A stretch of 62,498 nucleotides of DNA, filler included. It is 5 parts of 5 records of this genome, joined end to end, with 100 filler letters (N's around TTAATTAATTAA, not from the genome) between each part and the next. Parts side by side here need not be neighbours in the genome. Positions count along the whole stretch, not along the records: positions 56,879 to 62,498 come from DRR723986_7770; 4 more parts are not named here. The stretch is one strand, 5' to 3'. A program made the translations under genes and the position numbers. The notes under the pieces were generated by a model. That model saw only the letters and a list, made by a program, of their open reading frames with translations, was not told the origin of the DNA and did no database searches. Shown piece by piece: positions 60,016-62,498 of this stretch. How positions within the stretch are numbered: position 1 is the stretch's first letter; each line of letters opens with the position of its first letter.

Positions 60016-62028
60016 ATGCACAAATTTGTTCTGTTGCTTGTAGTTCTGATAGTACTGCCTTGCTCCCACCATGCCGCAATGGCATCACGTACCGTTGTCT
60101 ATGAATATGAATGTGAAGTTGTTGATATTGAAGACAGAGATGAGCTATTGGGCGACAAGGTTCAGATTGGCGATCAGTTTACGACCACCTTTCAAAGCCT
60201 TTTAAGTGTGAGCCTTTCCCTCCAAAACCCCCAACCCGGACAGGATGAGTTCATGTTTTCGGGGATGCACATACTTGATTTTCACATTGAAAACGATCAG
60301 CTTCAGTACTATGGCTTCGGTGGTTGGTTGGGAATTGTCACAACGTACGAGGTTGAGGAGCTCTCCCGCAGTGGAGGCAACTGCCTTAACTCCCTTGAAT
60401 TGGCATGGGACTTCGGCGGTGGTGGAATTGATGGAGACTTGATCACAAACGCTGACTTCCGATTCAAATTTAGTAGCGAGGAGTGTTATGGCGAGCTGAT
60501 GTTTGAGCATCCAGACCCCTTGCTAATGCCGGAATGGGAAGCAACAGACATCATTATTCATAATGACTATGCCAATGGCCTCGAAGAGTATAAAATTCAC
60601 TTAAAAGTTAATCGGACGCAGATATTGGACATAAAGGGTGGGGAGGTTCGCGTTATACCCTTTGCCGATCTGAATGAAAATTGCTCACGCGAGAGTTTTG
60701 AACCGATATTGCCAGAAGTAACGGTAATGGCTAAACAACCCGGCACCAGATATATCCAAGTCGGCAACAGATTTAACGCTGAGACCGGCTATGCCGTGTT
60801 GGTACTACCGGAAAATACCGGACATATCTATCCCTCGGAACAAGAGCCAATGCTTCTTGCAGAATGCCTTGGTGGCCCAATTCCCTTTGAGTTTAATGCC
60901 AATGGTGATCCGATTTTTATAGACCTACCCCTGATTCCTGTGGATGACGATGAGAATACACGGCCAGTTAGCCTGGGTGCGGATGCGGCACGTATCGGCC
61001 GTAAAATGGATTATCGCATTTTTGTTAAGAATACAACATCGGCACCGATAAGCGGACGTGTGGTTTTGACCTTCGATCCCCTACTACGTGCGGAAACGAC
61101 TCAACCATCAGCGCAATCACGCAATAATGCCGCGATCATCTGGGAACTGGCAGAACTGGCCCCCGGAGAACGCCGAATCTACCATGCAAAAATGAGTGTG
61201 CCCAAAAACCTTAGCTTGCAAGGCGATGATCTCTGTGCGCGGGCTACAGTTGTCGGTGCGGATGGAGCAGATCTATTCGCAGATCGTTTCTGTCAGAAGA
61301 TTGTCGGTCTCTACCCGCCAATCAGATTGGCGCGGGTTAAACAAGACCTTGGCGCAGATGCATCAATTGTTGCGGCCGGTGATGAACTCGAATATGTCGC
61401 ATTTTTCCAGAACGCCGGTTCGCAACCAGCCGAGAATGTTTGGATCGACATCCCCGCAGATCAAGATTTTGATGCGCACAGTCTGAGAATAGATGCCGCG
61501 AGTCATAATTATCGACTGGAAACGCCGGCCGATGGTGGACACCGAATCCTGTTTAACAACATCCACCTGGCGGGAAGTGAGAACGATCCGGATGCAAGTA
61601 CCGGGTTTGTGCGCTTCCGTGTTGTGTTAAACCCTGAACTCAATGATGGTGAATTTGTCGAGAGTTCTGTGATGGTGCACTATGAGTATGCGAATCACGC
61701 GGACGAGCAGCCTGAAGTCTTGGCGTTGACGAGTAATATTCTCGTCAGTCAGATTACAAACACCGTCAGCTCGGTCAGGTACGACAGTGAGAACAACAGC
61801 ATCATGCTCTATCCGAATCCGGGCAGCGATTTCATGACGATTCGTTGGGAAAATGCTCCCCAGGCGACACTCACGCTACGCAACACAATTGGCGCGACCG
61901 TCTATACGCAGTCGGTCCAGGGCTCCAGTTCGATCCTTGACCTGCGCGCGTTTACAACTGGAATGTACTTCTTGACGGTTGTCACCGAGTCTGGAATAAC
62001 GGTTAAACCGCTGCAGGTTATGCGTTAA
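60016..62028 (+). CDS. T9SS type-A cargo protein with DUF11-like repeats
   Basis: Signal peptide, FFQNAGSQPAENV, LYPNP and GMYFL C-terminal sorting domain; start at ATG 60016 after GAGAGG. Confidence 0.82.
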   Translation: MHKFVLLLVVLIVLPCSHHAAMASRTVVYEYECEVVDIEDRDELLGDKVQIGDQFTTTFQSLLSVSLSLQNPQPGQDEFMFSGMHILDFHIENDQLQYYGFGGWLGIVTTYEVEELSRSGGNCLNSLELAWDFGGGGIDGDLITNADFRFKFSSEECYGELMFEHPDPLLMPEWEATDIIIHNDYANGLEEYKIHLKVNRTQILDIKGGEVRVIPFADLNENCSRESFEPILPEVTVMAKQPGTRYIQVGNRFNAETGYAVLVLPENTGHIYPSEQEPMLLAECLGGPIPFEFNANGDPIFIDLPLIPVDDDENTRPVSLGADAARIGRKMDYRIFVKNTTSAPISGRVVLTFDPLLRAETTQPSAQSRNNAAIIWELAELAPGERRIYHAKMSVPKNLSLQGDDLCARATVVGADGADLFADRFCQKIVGLYPPIRLARVKQDLGADASIVAAGDELEYVAFFQNAGSQPAENVWIDIPADQDFDAHSLRIDAASHNYRLETPADGGHRILFNNIHLAGSENDPDASTGFVRFRVVLNPELNDGEFVESSVMVHYEYANHADEQPEVLALTSNILVSQITNTVSSVRYDSENNSIMLYPNPGSDFMTIRWENAPQATLTLRNTIGATVYTQSVQGSSSILDLRAFTTGMYFLTVVTESGITVKPLQVMR

Positions 62029-62112
62029 AAGTGGCGCGTCAATCGCCGCAGGCGCCTGTAAAACTCACAGGCTGATTGAGTTAACTGCGGGAATTATGAC
62101 ACAAACAACTAT

Positions 62113-62150
62113 CGCCCATTTCCAAACCCGGAGATGGGCGTTTTGTGTTT
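62113..62150 (+). terminator. intrinsic terminator
   Basis: CGCCCATTTCC-loop-GGAGATGGGCG-TTTTGTGTTT. Confidence 0.75.
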
Positions 62151-62498
62151 AACTGATTGGTTTAACACGTACAATTCAGTTTGTGACTTGACAGTGGCCA
62201 ACCACCTGAGATTAAAGGTCCACCGCTCAAAGAATTTCAGCTATCTCGGAGGCCTACAGCGCTTGATTCGGTGATTAACAAGAAACTCAAAAAGCCTGAG
62301 ACCGGCGTGGAACCAGAGGTGTAACAAAGGGCTCAAAGCGCTCAGATCTACAACCTGACTGGATTACAGACGCAGTCGCTGAGCGTATTGGCCCAAATTC
62401 CAACAACGCCAAACATCCCATTTAAAACCGCAAAGTGAAGTGGTACGCGCCCAACACCTAAAAACGACAATAGCTGTTAGCCTAAGGCTAACAGCTAT

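Noticed and set aside
62470-62498. Perfect 14-bp inverted repeat ATAGCTGTTAGCCT-A-AGGCTAACAGCTAT at the window end
   Set aside because: Single copy at the sequence edge; a terminator, an element end and an assembly artefact cannot be told apart
1-62498. CRISPR arrays, prophage, integrases, transposases, defence systems, reverse transcriptases
   Set aside because: No regularly spaced repeats or corresponding protein motifs were seen

Overview
The window joins five unrelated contigs with 100-nt N/TTAATTAATTAA linkers (24730-24829, 32289-32388, 41781-41880, 56779-56878), so nothing should be linked across these breaks. Taxonomic labels below are inferred from gene content and composition. (1) 1-24729, AT-rich Bacteroidota (Cyclobacteriaceae-like): tRNA 3' end, sqr, a LytS/LytTR module, GH30, exbB-orf-exbD-exbD, two MFS transporters, nnr, asnS, rpoN, tRNA-Arg(ACG), yidC, pyrG, an orphan HTH gene, a GC-rich structured non-coding island and a truncated ECF sigma/anti-sigma pair. 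(2) 24830-32288, Rhodobacteraceae-like: peptide ABC transporter, peptidase E, and LysR / P450 (NE in place of the acid-alcohol pair) / ferredoxin / TRAP. (3) 32389-41780, Rhodobacteraceae-like: lptAB-hpf-ptsN and a galU-galE-glycosyltransferase-sulfotransferase operon. (4) 41881-56778, gammaproteobacterium with Pseudomonas-like gene order: dksA-gluQ-cbrX-cbrA-cbrB-[sRNA]-pcnB-folK-kinase-panB-panC-panD, then a secreted flavo-oxidase and acs. (5) 56879-62498, FCB-group: RNase Z, DASS transporter, T9SS cargo. The strongest signals are non-coding: a complete but miniature (~110 nt) sigma54-driven CrcZ-like Hfq-sponge RNA with a probable target on the same contig, a structured switch-like leader with its own promoter before panC-panD, and an unexplained structured RNA-like island in contig 1. 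All calls come from reading the sequence; no searches were run.
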